Part shown: positions 23,130 to 36,080 of the stretch, one piece after another
Layout: every line of letters starts with the position of its first letter
How positions within the stretch are numbered: the first letter of the stretch is position 1
Assembly (NCBI RefSeq): GCF_022539665.2
Contig: NC_081333.1
Span: forward strand, 5,890,001-5,954,000
Source of the DNA: Daphnia carinata
Lineage: Eukaryota
Length of the DNA stretch: 64,000 nucleotides
Direction: 5' to 3'
Notes under the pieces: generated by a model
What the model saw: only the letters and a program-made list of their open reading frames with translations
Told to the model about the DNA's origin: nothing
Databases searched by the model: none
Translations under genes and position numbers: made by a program

Positions 23130-24684
23130 TCTCATGTTGAAGGCGAAGGGGCGGAGAACACCGAATCCGTTAGAAAGCTGAAAAAAGAAATGACCGTCGA
23201 AGAAAGGAACTTAATCCGTGTCAAAAAGTATAGAATACATAAACATTTTTACGTTTTGCGTTTAATTATTTAGAGTTACTTGTGTGTGAAAAGGCTACAA
23301 CTCATCGAATCGGACTTATATAAGCATGCCAGCATTAACGAAACGGCGCGGACGCTAGATCTTGATCTTGATGTCGTTGACCAAATTTTCAACTTTTGGG
23401 TTCTTAAACGAAAGGTGTGTGCTCCCAAATTCATGTGTCTCTACTACAAGCAATCAATTTTCTTTTTAAAAATTTCCAGTCCAACCGAGACAGACCATTG
23501 CTACCGCCCAAAACCACTGAAACGGAACGATTAAGTCAGCAACAACAGCAAGATATGGAACGTATGAAATTGTTTGTACAGCTGCGACAAGACCTAGATA
23601 GGGTATAAACATACTTCTCATTAACTTTATTATTTTTATCTCGTTAAATGCAGAGTTGTCAGTAAAAACTGTTCTTCGTTGTAGGTTCGAAATTTGTGTT
23701 ACATGGTCAGCCGAAGAGAGAAATTATCCGATCGTATTTTCGATTGCGAGAACAAACCTTCCACTAGCAAGCAGCGATTTTGTCTCTGTATGATCTCCAA
23801 AAAAATATCACCCCAGCAGAACTAACGCCAATCATGGCTCCAATATCTATGACCTTGTATATTTACGTGGGGAAACGATCAAAAAAGAAGGCTTTGAACA
23901 AGTCATTCAACTCATAGCAGGCGTACAGTCGAACATCCCCGCAATGAAAAAGGTTTGGCTTTTCCGTAATTATCGATGACAAGAAAACAGTTCTCAATCT
24001 GTATGCGTTGAATTTATTTGGTTGCAGGATAAAAATGGAATCGTTGGTCGTCCCAATCATTTAAAGGAAGACAACCCATACAAAAGCACGTACATGAATG
24101 GGGGCGAAAGTCGTAGATCCCGCTCGCTATCTTCCATCAGTGCCGAATCGGCTGCCTCTGATACTGAAACAAACAGTAGATGGAAGAGACCGGTATTTCA
24201 AATCATATTCCTGTTCGAGTTTCTATGCCGATCACAATTTCCCATTTTTTATTCTTTCCGTTCAGGTGAGAACACCTTCGCAAACATCAATTACCTCGGT
24301 CGACAGCGATTTCGATGTAGCCATTTCACAGCTTGGTTCCAAAAAACCGGTTCGAAAACTAGTGATAGAGCTGGCAAATTCATTTACACCGACAGTGAAG
24401 AAGAAGCGGGACCTCGCAGTGACCCAAGCTCTTCCGTTGTGCGGACCAAAGCCGCTGTCAAGGCGTTTTCTCCTGTCACGGCTGGCAGTCGCGGTCGGGG
24501 TAAAAAAGCCAGTGAGCCCAAATCTGCTACGAAATCCACCACCGATTTGATCGTGCCTCAGCGACAGGCTGCAAAGAAGGCCACCGAAAGTTTACATAGC
24601 GCTAATGCCAATGTCTCAGCCAAGGAGAAAAAGGAAGAGAAGGAAACTAAAGGCGTGGGCAAAGAAAACGTTGTTCTCTCCTAA
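23130..24684 (+). pseudogene. rno: Jade/rhinoceros (PHF15-17 family) fragment downstream of the PHD fingers, with introns
   Basis: MTVEERNLIRVK|RLQLIESD..IFNFWVLKRK|SNRDRPLLPPK..DMERMKLFVQLRQDLDR|VRNLCYMVSRREKLS..FRLREQTFH*Q. LRQDLERVRNLCYMVSRREKL is the Jade hallmark. Frameshift and stop near 23730-23768; PHD fingers absent. Confidence 0.92.
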
Positions 24685-24949
24685 CAGCTCAAGAGTGAAC
24701 TTAAGAGTATTGCCATTGCTATTATTCCGTTGCTAGATAGTATATGAAGCTCTTGCAAACACAAGTTCTTCTAAAATGTGAGCTGCACAAAATTGAAACG
24801 GAATTTGTTTATTGAAATTTTAGGCTGGTGATGTTACCTGCTAAATTTTTGTTTAATCGTTTGTATTTTGTAAAAATAAATGTAAATCAATTACCAAAAA
24901 TTTATGGTTTTATTTTAATTGGAAGCTATTTCCAATACAAATTTTCATG

Positions 24950-25128
24950 CGTCCTTTGGCTGCCGCGATCCGGACATTCCCCGGACGTTCCAATCCGTTC
25001 ACTGAACGTACGGATTTGCCATCCTGCAGACGTCCAACTAAGGACGTCCGTAGTAGTCCCAAATAAGGACGTTACCAGGACCTCCAATTAATTACGTCCG
25101 TAGGACGTCCTCCAGTGGACGTCCTAGT
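24950..25128. repeat. Cluster of GGACGTCC-type short direct and inverted repeats (DNA-transposon subterminal-like)
   Basis: Multiple GGACGT/ACGTCC motifs. Confidence 0.55.
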
Positions 25129-25129
25129 T

Positions 25130-26592
25130 TTGTATAACAATACACTGGCATGCCTTCCATGATCGTTGAAAATTTAAAAAAAAATCTTGGATTTATTTAT
25201 AAAACAATTAGTGACTTCCTTTATCACTGACGTACAAAAAAAAGGTTGTTCCTGGTCGAAAATAATTAAAATGGATTTGTCATAATTAGTACATTTGGTA
25301 ACGCCAAGTGCAAAGCTTCCTTAAACTTTTCCGTATTGTATATGATGTTTAATTAGGTAATCAATGGCTCCTTGGAAATGTGCATGAGGTGGAAAACAAG
25401 ACACGGAGGACGTCAAAAATCCTTTAAAAATGCGGGAAAAATGCGAATTCTTGCCAGAGATGTAGGTGCTCCTTTCGGAGTAAAGGTGCGGTTATTAGTT
25501 CCTCTTCCACTTAAAAAAAGCCACGCCATAACTATTGAAATTTTACTCATAGATGTTTCTACGCAAGTTGTACATTTAAGTTTGGCTTAAACCATTTATT
25601 GCTTTGGTGGAAAGCGCTTCTACCCTACATAACAGACAGCTTTCATCGCCTGGCATAGTTATAGCAGTAGGGCTTGATTTTCATATAATTATTGGAATCT
25701 TTGTAACTGTGAAAAGAATTGAAAATGTGATGAAGAAATAAATGGTATTTGAATCAAGAGTGGATTATAGTTTATATTTGTCCTTGCTTCAGATGATATT
25801 TAGTTAAAGATTGTAATATTGTTCCTATAAACATTATTTATCAAATGTTAATAATAATAAACTAGTACTCGTGTTAACATATTCGTTTCCAGCAACCACC
25901 AAAAGCCGTGCGGAACTCATTATTTTCGTTCTTGCCACGTAGGTCTTTATTTATGGTTTTGCGGCAAATAGTTATTTTTTATTTAAAAATGTGCTTGTCT
26001 TAAATTATATATATATAATATTTTTCTTATTTATCAGTGTATTAAGGGGTACTTACGGGAAAGCATGCCCCTCTTCTCCGGGAACTCGCATGGAATAAGG
26101 ATATCAGCCAGGGGGGAGGGCGATACTAGGACTGGAAACGCCACTAACGAAAGGTTAAGGGCAAAAAATCAGACACTGTATAAAAATAAATATAACTTTT
26201 ATACATGAGCTGTATAAGGCAATAGATAATGCGTGTAATCGTGCAAAAAAATACAAATATCAATTCAAACAAAAAAGTTATGATGGAATGATTACTCGAG
26301 CAATTGATAACGCTGTTTGAAGTGCGGAAGCCTACATAAGCCAACCGGTTCTTCTTCTCCGCCAACGAACATTTAGGATATCTAAGTAAGGAGAAATAGG
26401 ACCATTGGCAAGGAGAAATAGGACCCTTATGGTGGAGAAATAGGACACGCCAAAATAATTGTGGAAATTGAGTCCTTTTTCTCCGGGTCCTAATTCTTCA
26501 GGTCCTATATTGAGGTCCTAAATCTCCGGGTCCTATTTCTCCGGCAATCATTCTCCAGGTCCTATTTCTCCAGCTGCTATTATCCAGTAATC
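25130..26592. mobile_element. Diverged Mutator-like TIR arm related to the arms of the 40677-54529 element
   Basis: 25140-25195 is the reverse complement of 41720-41772; 25340-25430 matches 53560-53642; 25660-25920 matches 53645-53930. Ends in GGAGAAATAGGACC repeats with the minus-strand motif GATTGCCGGAGAAATAGGACC versus GATTGGCGGAGAAAAAGGCCC at 40677. Confidence 0.7.
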
Positions 26593-26594
26593 AA

Positions 26595-27065
26595 TATACC
26601 TGTATTCAATGTGAATACAGTGTAATAGAATCAGTTTCGTCATCTACATTCAAACAGTATCAAATATACGTGTATTCAATATGAATATAGTGTGATTCAG
26701 TGAGTTTCAATAACTACATTCAAACAGTATCAAATATACCTGAAATCAATGTGAATATAGTGAGATAGAATCAGTTTCATCATCAATATTCAAACAGTAT
26801 CAAATCTACGTGTATTCAATGTGCATCTAGCGTATTCAACGTGAACATAGTGTGATAGAATCAGTTTCATAATCTGCATTCGAACATTGTCAAATGTACG
26901 TGTATTCCATGTGAATATAGTGTGATAGAATCAGACTTATCATCTACATTCAAACAATATCAAATATACGTGTATTCAATGTGAATAGAATGAGTGTAAT
27001 AGAATCAGTTTCATCATCTCCATTCAAACAGCATCAAATATACGAGCATTTAATGTGAAATAGTG
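26595..27065 (+). repeat. 70-bp satellite array, part 1
   Basis: Unit TGTATTCAATGTGAATATAGTGTGATAGAATCAGTTTCATCATCTACATTCAAACAGTATCAAATATACG; phase 26601, 26671, 26741, 26811. Confidence 0.97.
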
Positions 27066-27069
27066 TGAA

Positions 27070-28780
27070 AAAAGCACTCACCTCAGCTCCAGTTTTGGTC
27101 TATCCCAACTACGAATTGCCGACGGAAATTATCCCTGACGTCTGTGGATACGGCATAGGAGGCATACTGGTCCAGCGCATAGAAAAAGCAGAACGCCCAT
27201 AGTATACGCCAGCCGTTTACTGACTAAGTCGGAAGTGAACTATTCAATTGAAAAAGAGTGTCTTGCACTAGTGTGGTGTCTCTCCAAATTCAGATGTTGT
27301 GTGGGGCTGCAAAGTGAAAGTCGTCACAGATCACCAAGCTTTGTGTTGGTTAATGACCAAAAAAGACCATGCAGTTCGTTTAGCACGTTGGAGCCTGTCA
27401 CTGCAAGAATACGACATAACGATTCTGTATCGTAGTGGAAAAACGCATGACAACGCATATTGATTTCAAGAGATCCATTACCAAAAACCGAAGAGTTAGA
27501 ATATGACAGTTGTTCTTGTTGTGGGGGCACTAACTAATGACCCACTACTCTCCGAAGAGGAAAATGATTCCTTAGCTCACAAGCAGAAAACCTACAGTAA
27601 TTGGCATCAGTTAATTCAGAAACTCCAAAGTGGAAAAAAGAGAGTGAAAAATTTTGTGATGGATAATGGAAAACTGTACAAAGAAACCATACGGGATGGA
27701 AAATTTACAGAAGGCTATGTGTACCTGCTGATTACCCTAAAGGAATTCTATACGCCTACCATGACGATGTTGTTCCGGTCACCTTGGCATCAGCCGTACA
27801 CTAAATAAAATTTGTGATCGCTTCTACTGGCCGAAAATTACAGTGGATATAGTTCAGAGCAGAGTTACGTATATTGTAAAAGCAGAAAAGGAGTCCCAGA
27901 TAAACCTCCAGGACTTCTACAATGCATCAATTGGAAAAGCCATTTCAAAATGTAGGCATGGACCTTCTAGGACCAATTCCACTCTCTACTAAAGGAAACA
28001 GGATGATTTTAGTGGCAGTGGATTACATAACCAAATGGTTTGAGTTAAAAGCCATGCCCAAAGGAAAGGCGGAAGATGTTGCAGAATTCTTCGTTCATCA
28101 AATCTTCCTGCGCCACAAATCTTCCTGCGCCATGGGGTTCTTCAGGGTAAATCATAACGGATCGAAGAAAGTGTTTCATCGCCGATCTAACTCAAGCTTT
28201 CGTCAAGAAACTACTCACCAACCACAAGACGACTTCCAGTTATCATCCTCAGGGAAATGGAGCAGTGGAGAGGATGAACCATATATTGGCTGCAATGCTT
28301 TCAATGTATGTTAGTAGTGATCAACGAGATTGGGACGAAACCCTGCAGTACGTTTGTTTTGCATCCAACACTGCCAGACAAGAATCTACAGGATACTCAC
28401 CATTTCTTCTCCTTTACGGACGTGATCCCAGATTTCCTATCGATTTGGAGTTGGGAGCAGACCCAAACCCATTGCTGGAAGGACAAGATGCAGATCGCCT
28501 AATAGCCGACCTAGCTACAGCAAGAGAAAAAAATGAAAATTAGAATGGAGTGAGTACAACAAAAACAAAAAGAAACCTACGACGTACGTAGAGAATGGTT
28601 ATTCCGAGAAGGAGATTTAGTGCTGATCTACGAACCTGAACTCGTTGCTAGGACCAAGGCTAGGACTATTCAAAGTATTGAGGTAAACTACACCTGTCAA
28701 CTATGAAGTGATATCGGCCAGCGGCCGGAGGAAAACATTGTGACATTGTTCACGTAGTGCGGATGAAATCATTCCACGAA
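27070..28780 (+). pseudogene. Gypsy pol remnant (RNase H and integrase)
   Basis: [65 protein letters not shown]; integrase PFQNVGMDLLGP..VDYITKW..YHPQGNGAVERMN..NTARQESTGYSPF. Many frameshifts. Confidence 0.93.
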
Positions 28781-28951
28781 GCCGTGTCGGGACCTGGCAT
28801 TACCGAAAAAGCTTCGGAGAAAGAAGGTGAAAATTAGCAGGACAAAGAAATACAAGATATACCCGCTTCAAGTGATCCATAACCTCAGGCTGATCCAGAA
28901 GAAACACCAATTGCACAAAGCAATGCGTCACCAGGCACCGAGTAAAATGAC

Positions 28952-30820
28952 GTGTCCACGCCCACACCGGAACTAATCACGGCAAATTCAACCAGAAGAC
29001 CTGCGCGCAGCAGAAGACCTCCAGCTAAGTATTTAACTCTACTGGTGCCGTTCCTCATTTTTTTGCTTGGACCACTATCAAGCAATTCATTGATCCTGAG
29101 AGAAAATGCCATCTTCAAACAACAAACTGATGTCGCATTCAGTGAATCGTCCTGGACCCTTGTAGCAGATCTTGATTTGGAGCTAGCAGACACAGCAACA
29201 GCATACTTAAAACAGAAGATATTCCAGCAACAAGAAGTAGCAGAAAAATTGAAGAATGAAGGCTCTCGAACACAACGAATAGCGGCCAGAAGAATCACAA
29301 GCAGAATCCAAATAATTCTAAAAGGAATGGAGAATGCAGCAAAACGATTGACAAACATAACAAAAGCCTTGAAAACTAACCAAATAAGTCGTCGAAGTCT
29401 TGTCGACGGGGAAGGATTGATCCTTAAATGGCTGTTTGGAGTGTCAACACAAAAAGATCTAGAAGAATTAAACAGCCAAATACAACTTGTTTCACGAAAT
29501 CAAAGAGAAATTACCCACACCATCGATAACAAGCAACAATAGTAAATGAATAACTGTGGGAGTCCAGAACAAACGCAAAACTTATCAGAGAGTTGCGAGG
29601 CCCATATTATTATATTTATTCCATACTGAAGAATGTCACAACGAACATAATGGAGAGAATGGTGAACAATGAAGAACGACAACTAAATCACTTCGAGCAT
29701 TTTTTCCAACTGGACGAAACGTGATGAATAAGATGAATAAGTTTGTAGCGATGAATAGGATCTTGCTGTGGCTACAACAACTGGCCGATAGTCTCGACGT
29801 CGGCTTCAGTCCTATGTTCATTTGGCCTCTCAAATCGTTTCTCCAGCAAGATTCAACAAAGTTATCAAAACAATAAACGAGCAACTACCAAGAAGTTGGT
29901 CTATTTTCAGTGATGAGCTTTGGGTCCCCTACCGAGAAGCAACTGTCACTGTGGCGGCCATAGAAACCTCGTTTCGCCTCTTCATACATGTTCCCATTTT
30001 CATCCACGCCCAGCAATACAAACTCTTCGAGATCATCAACATGCCGGCAGCTATAGAAAACGGAACCCATGGTATCCTGTTCGGAAATCTACCAGATTAC
30101 CTTGTTGTGTCTGCCGACGTAGAAACGTTTCTAGAACTTTCTAAAGATAATGTAAAGGATTGCAGAAAGATAAGACGTCCCCTGTGCAAATTTCCTACGG
30201 GTATCAGCAAGAGAACAGCCCGTAAGTCTTGTGCAATAGCTGTCTTTTTGAATGATTCACCCCGAATCAACACTCAATGCAAAAATAAGTGAAATGTGGA
30301 ATGGCGGGGACCTGAAGTAGTCCATATGGGATCCAGTCAATGGGTCTAGCCACCTCTTATAACAACTTTACCAGCAGTTGAAATGTTTGAAGTACCTTTG
30401 GGATGCACCACTCGTACCGAAGAATGCGTTTTCCCAACCAGCATAGAAGACAGAATAATCGCGCCAAAACTCCAAGCAGTTGTTCTGCTTTCAAAGAAAA
30501 TTTTTGCGCAAGATGTCCAAGCAACGGATGGTAAGAAAGACACCTTTGTCGAGCTTCCGCGAAAAATACGTCATCTGTAGACAACATTAGTGAGCTCCTT
30601 CACCGCAACGCACAAACCACCCTGTCAGCAGAAATGAATTCACAAGTTTCAGTGAACAAATTCACAATGCAATTAGGGAAAAAGAAAAGAAGAAAGAAAC
30701 TTCCTTTACTCATAATCCTTACGAACTGGCCGCATCCAACATTTTATTAGCAATTGGCATAATGTTTCTAGCATTCAAGTGTTACATGCTCGAAACGCGC
30801 TTGACCGCTCATGAGCAATG
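28952..30820 (+). pseudogene. env remnant, baculovirus F-protein / errantivirus type
   Basis: Basic RRPARSRRPP then a hydrophobic signal; SRR^SLVDGEGLILKWLFGVSTQKDL resembles the cleavage site plus fusion peptide; coiled-coil; HVPI..YKLFEIINMP; Cys cluster; TM-like SNILLAIGIMFLAF near 30740-30780. Confidence 0.85.
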
Positions 30821-31199
30821 TGACAGTGGTGCTCCCCCCGGAGAACGCGGGAGGAAAGCTATTGAAACTGAAAACCTTTAAAAAAATGGAATGCAGCAGT
30901 CGAGTTCTTACATGTCACAGTGTTTGTAACTTGTCCTTATTGATAACGTCTTATCAATTGCTAATTATAGCCGTGTTTACTCTTGTGTTCTTTTGTGCTA
31001 GCGAACTATTTCCGATAAGAACTCATTAACTTTCCGGAAGTAAGCTTGTCTTTTCGATGTTTACTCATTTCGGTTGTTCGTCATTTCCAACTATCCTTTA
31101 ACGATTCTTAAAAAATCTTTCCGATATTTTGTCCTTCCCTTGATTTCTTTTTTATGAATGTTAGTACAGTCGGGTAACCTGTCTCGAAGAAGGGGGACC

Positions 31200-31549
31200 T
31201 GTCGCGAGGGGAAAATAGCCGACGCGGTTATCATTTCTGAAAAGACGTGATATCCGACGTCGTAATTGCGCAAGGTACAGCTTACGACGAAAGGTGCTAT
31301 AACCTACGCAGATAGGATAGCAAAGATTGTCTGTTTAAGAATTAATCAATGTTCAAGAGAAAGGGCGTATATCAGTCATAGGGTGTAAAAGCCCATTTAA
31401 TTTTATCCCTAGAGATAGTTCTAGTGAGCCTTCCTCACTCTTCGCATTGTTTGGGTTCAGTAAAGTTATAGTCACATTTTATTTTCTGCGTTGTGTTGTA
31501 CTCTTGTAGTTTAAATACAAAAATCATTAAAAGTAAATCCAGTGTGACA
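31200..31549 (+). repeat. 3' LTR of Gypsy #2 (350 bp)
   Basis: TGTCGCGA...GTGTGACA directly after the polypurine tract. Confidence 0.8.
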
Positions 31550-32780
31550 AAATAGTGTTTTACAATGAGTTTTGTGAAATAGATCTACACAGGATAAAAT
31601 ATAAGTGTATTCAATGTGAATAAAGTGTGATACAATGAGTTTCTTGAACTACATTCAAACAGTATCAAATATACGTGTATTCAATTTGAATATAGTGTGT
31701 TAAATTGACTTTCATTAATTAGATTTAATCAACATCAACTATACGTGTATTCATTGTGAATATAGTGTCTTACAATCAGATTTGTAAAGTAGATAAAATA
31801 TAAGTGTATTCAATGTGAATATAGTGTGATACAAAAGCATCAAACATACGTGTATTCAATGCGAATATAATGTGATATGAAATGAGTTTCATCAACTAGA
31901 TTCAAACAGCATCAAATATACGTGTATTCAATGTGGATATAGTAGAATGAGTTTCAAGAACTAAATTCCAACAACTTCAAATTTACGTGTATTCAATGTG
32001 AATATGGTGATTTGCAATAAGGTTTGTGAATTAGATCTACACAGGATCAAATATTCGTGTTGTACAATAATATATTAATTAATATATATAGTGCAATATT
32101 TAGTGTTTTACAATAAGTTAAATCAACTAGATTCAAACAGCATTAAATATACGTGTATTCAATGTGAAAATAGTGTTTTACATTGAGTTTTGTGAAGTAG
32201 ATCTACGCAGCATCAAATATATGTGTTTTAAAATTCGATTTGTTATTTTATGTTAATACAGTGTGACACAATGAGTTTCAGGAACGAGATTCAAACAGCA
32301 TCAAGTATTCGTGTATTCAATGTGAATATAGTGATCGAATGAGTTTACTGTAGTCCATTCAAACAAAATAAAATATATGCTTATTCAATGTGAATATAGT
32401 GTTTTACAACGAGCTTTGTGAATTAGATTACACAGGATCAAATATACGTGAATTCAATGTCAAACTAGATGTTCAATCAACTAGATTAAAAGAGTTTCAA
32501 AAATACGGGTATTCAATGTGAATATAGTGTGATAGAATTAGTTTCATGAACTAAATTCAAGCAACGTAAAATATACGTGTATTCAATGTGAATGTAGTGT
32601 TTTACAATTAGTTTTGTGAATTAGATCTACACAGAATCAGATATAATAGTATTCAATGTGAATGTAGTGTGATACAGTGAGTTTCAATATCTACATTGAA
32701 ACGACATTAATGTAATGGCTTTCATGAACTGTATTCAAAAACATCAAATTTACGTGTATGCAATGTGTATATAGTGTTGA
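31550..32780 (+). repeat. 70-bp satellite array, part 2
   Basis: Same unit with two variants (..TTTGTGAATTAGATCTACACAGG.. and ..TTTCATCAACTAGATTCAAACAGC..). Confidence 0.97.
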
Positions 32781-32949
32781 TTATAGTGTTGATGTGATGC
32801 CGGCTGACGCGGAGGATCTGATGAAGTCGAAGGTGAACCTTTGAGAAGACGTGAGGGATAGACTGGCCCTGCTTCAGCAGCGCCAGAAGCGCATTTCGAT
32901 ACCACAGTCAGTCAGGTACCGGTACCGGTGTATGAACCCGGTGGCCCGG

Positions 32950-33130
32950 TATTAGTTTTTCGGACACAGAGAAAGAAAGGTCTCACCGAAAAATATCTTT
33001 ATCAGTACGTAGGTCCATTCAAAGTGATAAGGCAGATCATTGATTAAACTACTAGCTTCGAAAGGTAAATGGAAAGAGAACCATTGTGGTTCATGTTTTA
33101 CAAATGAAGAAGTTCGTTGTGGAGTCGGTT
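32950..33130 (+). pseudogene. Gypsy integrase C-terminal (GPY/F) fragment
   Basis: VLVFRTQRKKGLTEKYLYQYVGPFKVIRQ..VVHVLQMKKF. Confidence 0.75.
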
Positions 33131-34623
33131 GACGAATACGATGGCGCGGCTGAATCTGGGACGGCGGCGCGTGCCGACTGTCCTGGGGGGCCGCCGGAAG
33201 TCGACACCGCGGCAATGGCCAAGGACATAACAGTGGAACCGGAGACGGCGGAGCGTTCTGACGCCCAGGCCTGGGTGATGCACCGACGAAACGGGCGGCG
33301 CAAGTGAGAAAATGAGTCTCCAACTGGGTGGACGAGATGCTACAAGCTTTCGAGAAAATTCCGACGGGGATGTTTCCAATGGAAGTAAAATCGTTTTTGG
33401 AAGGGCGCGCGTTCGACTTAGTCGATTTCAGGACCAGAGCTGAGCGGCGACGACAGGAGTTAAAGAGCTGAAACGATCCTTGAAAGGCGATGGAACCAGA
33501 CAGGAGAGCGGGCTGTTCGACGCAGGAGGCAAGCTGCATAGCAGGTTACTTGGAACCGCTAAGACCAAGGAACTAGAGCCAGTGCACTCGATACTCGAAT
33601 CTTTTGATTAGAGAGGCTTGGACCTGGTGTACCCCAGGGGCAGGCAACGCTGCTGAACGTAACGCTGGGTCACCTGGCGGAGCACGAAACTGAAATCGAC
33701 AGCCTGATGGTGGTGTCGGGAGAAATGCGCTGCGAACAGGCGCAGCTGAAGAAGCCTTAAACGAAGGCTGGTCGCACCTCGCGTTGTAGTTTCCTCGTGC
33801 TGGCAAACCGGACTAGCCGGTGCAGTAATATAGAGGTTATCACCTCTGCTGTGCCCCCCGAATGTGCTGACTCAAGCTCTAGAGTCAGTTAGACAGGCAT
33901 TGCCGCGAGGATGGGGACTAAAACCGGCGATATAAGGGGGAAATTGCTGGAAAGTCTACTAGAAAGCGAGAGCGGAGGCGGCGCTGGCGAACGCCAACGT
34001 TCGCTTCTTTATTCATTTACCAGTATTTGAGTTTAATTACGCCCTACAATTTTACAGTGTTTTCCTTATACCGGTAGGCACTAGCAAGGGAGAATCATTT
34101 TCCCACTCGTACGTGAGCTTGCCCCTATCTTGGAGTGTGGCCGGATCGCCAACTGTTTGTCGAATTTAATAAAGATAAAAATCGAAAATGCATGCCATAC
34201 ATGGGCAGTGTCTGCCCATAATTGAAGCCAATTGACAGGTAGGGAAGAATGTAGAGCTGTATTGCCGCGGTCTGCAGGAGCAGGAAGCAATCCAGAAGAA
34301 CTGTCGCTTAGGCAGTAAAAAGTAGGCCGGCATCTATCTGTTTTATGTCGGTGAATGAAAGTGGGGCTACGCTGGACAAGACAATGTGACCATAGTGCTC
34401 CAGTGCTCTGTTAAAAGGATCGGCGGAATTAGATTGCTACATGTTCTGCCAGCAGCAGGGTCAAAAAAGACTTTTTTCGGCATTCTCAGACGACTGACTT
34501 CTGCAAGCGAGGCTTTGACAGATGCTGCCAGTGAATATCATAAGTGTTATTTACGATGACGCGGCTGGGATACTGGGCAGCTTGCTGGTGCCAGTGCTGG
34601 AGCAACCGCAACCGGTATAGAAA

Positions 34624-35135
34624 CCTATATTCACATTGAATACACGTATATTTCATGCTGTTTGAATGTAGTTCATAACACACATGGTATCACACTATAT
34701 TCACATTGATTACACGCATATTTGATCCTATTTGAATGTAGTACATAAAACGCAATGTATCACTCTGTATTCACATTCAATACATGTATTTTTGATCCTG
34801 TTGGAAAGTAGTTCATAAAACGTTTTGCAGCATACTATCTTCAAATTGAATACAAGTAAATCTGATCCTGTTCAGATTTACTTGGTGAAATTCATTGTAT
34901 CACGCTATATTTACATTGATTACACGTATCTTTAATCTTGTTTATATTTACTTCATGAAAGTCATTGTTTCACATTATATTTAGGTTGACTACGCGTATA
35001 TTTTTTCCTGTTTCGGCGTAGTTCATAAATTACATTGTACCTTATCATGTTCACATTGAATACACGCATGTTTCATCCCGTTTGAATGTAGTACATAAAA
35101 CCCATTGAATCACACAATATCCATTTTGAATACAC
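34624..35135 (-). repeat. 70-bp satellite array, part 3, inverted
   Basis: CTATATTCACATTGAATACACGTATATTT is the reverse complement of the unit. Confidence 0.95.
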
Positions 35136-35159
35136 AGTGTACAGCCTGGAAAAGTCAAA

Positions 35160-35900
35160 CAACAAGATGGCACCAAAAGATCCTTAATTCAAGCTGCCAC
35201 GGGGGTGACCATTGATATTTTAGAAAAAGAGTTTAGTAAGGGTCTGCTGAATTACAACGAAAAATTGGAAGAAGAAAAATTTTTTGAAGCAGACATCTTT
35301 CGAGCTTGCTGACGACAGAATGAAGAGACTTACTAGGAACTATGAGTCACTCATCCTTCTATTGGAAGTCGAAGCTCAAGAGGAATATCTTCGACAACAT
35401 GAAGAATTTGTCAACCGTTTTTACAAGATGAATATCGATCGGAGGAGGAGAAGACCATTTGAGACCAGAAGAAATTTTCAGCCAAAGAAGCATACACTTC
35501 AAGTCGACGCGCACGGTGAAGAGGAGACATCTTGAATTTCGAACATTGCCCCGATAATCAATGCACTGACATTGCAAACTATTTCAAACGCTATGATTAT
35601 AGAAAATCTGCTACATAGGATCTAAATAAAAAATTCGGTGGTGATCTATACAAATGGAAGGGTTGCTGGGCGATTTTCCGCACTTACCTATGAAAATCAC
35701 TCAATGATTATCATTGAAAATTTTAGCAGACTGAAATCACACATAACGGAGGAAGCTGCTGGTGCGATATCGTATTTGGATTAAACAGAACACAATCACA
35801 CCAAAGTAACTCATATTTTTAATGCGAATTCAACAAGCCGAGATCGGAAAAGCAGACTACTACATTGCCATTACATAACTAAGTAACGTAGAACATCAAG
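35160..35900 (+). pseudogene. Decayed BEL gag fragment of the same family as BEL #4
   Basis: Collinear with 60446-61210 (AACAAGATGG..., CAACATGAAGA, ACATAACGGAGGAAGCTGCTGGTGCGAT). Confidence 0.88.
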
Positions 35901-36080
35901 ACGGCACGAGGACAGTGTTACCCTCCGACACAAGTATCTAGAGGTTTCGACAGACGTGCCGCCAATAAACGACAAACCTCGCCATACCTTACCCTGCAGA
36001 AAATGTAAAAACATCCCCCATGAATCCTCGATCTAAAGGGATGGCTAGGAGCGAATGCAGCCTTAATTCCAATTGAATTG

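Larger units (their letters stand above)
27070..31549 (+). mobile_element. Gypsy-type element #2 (errantivirus-like), 5'-truncated, embedded in the satellite
   Basis: RNase H, integrase, env, PPT (GAAGAAGGGGGACC) and LTR in order; the satellite resumes at 31550. Confidence 0.9.

Noticed and set aside
23012..23230. In-frame functional AIF-Jade fusion protein
   Set aside because: The AIF frame stops at ~23181 and the Jade frame is shifted; both parts carry disabling lesions.
26595..32780. Regular repeats resembling a CRISPR array
   Set aside because: Contiguous 70-bp tandem units with no unique spacers, no cas genes and a eukaryotic context.
33300..34620. Possible DIRS-like gag fragments
   Set aside because: No RT or tyrosine-recombinase motif recognisable; too decayed to call.
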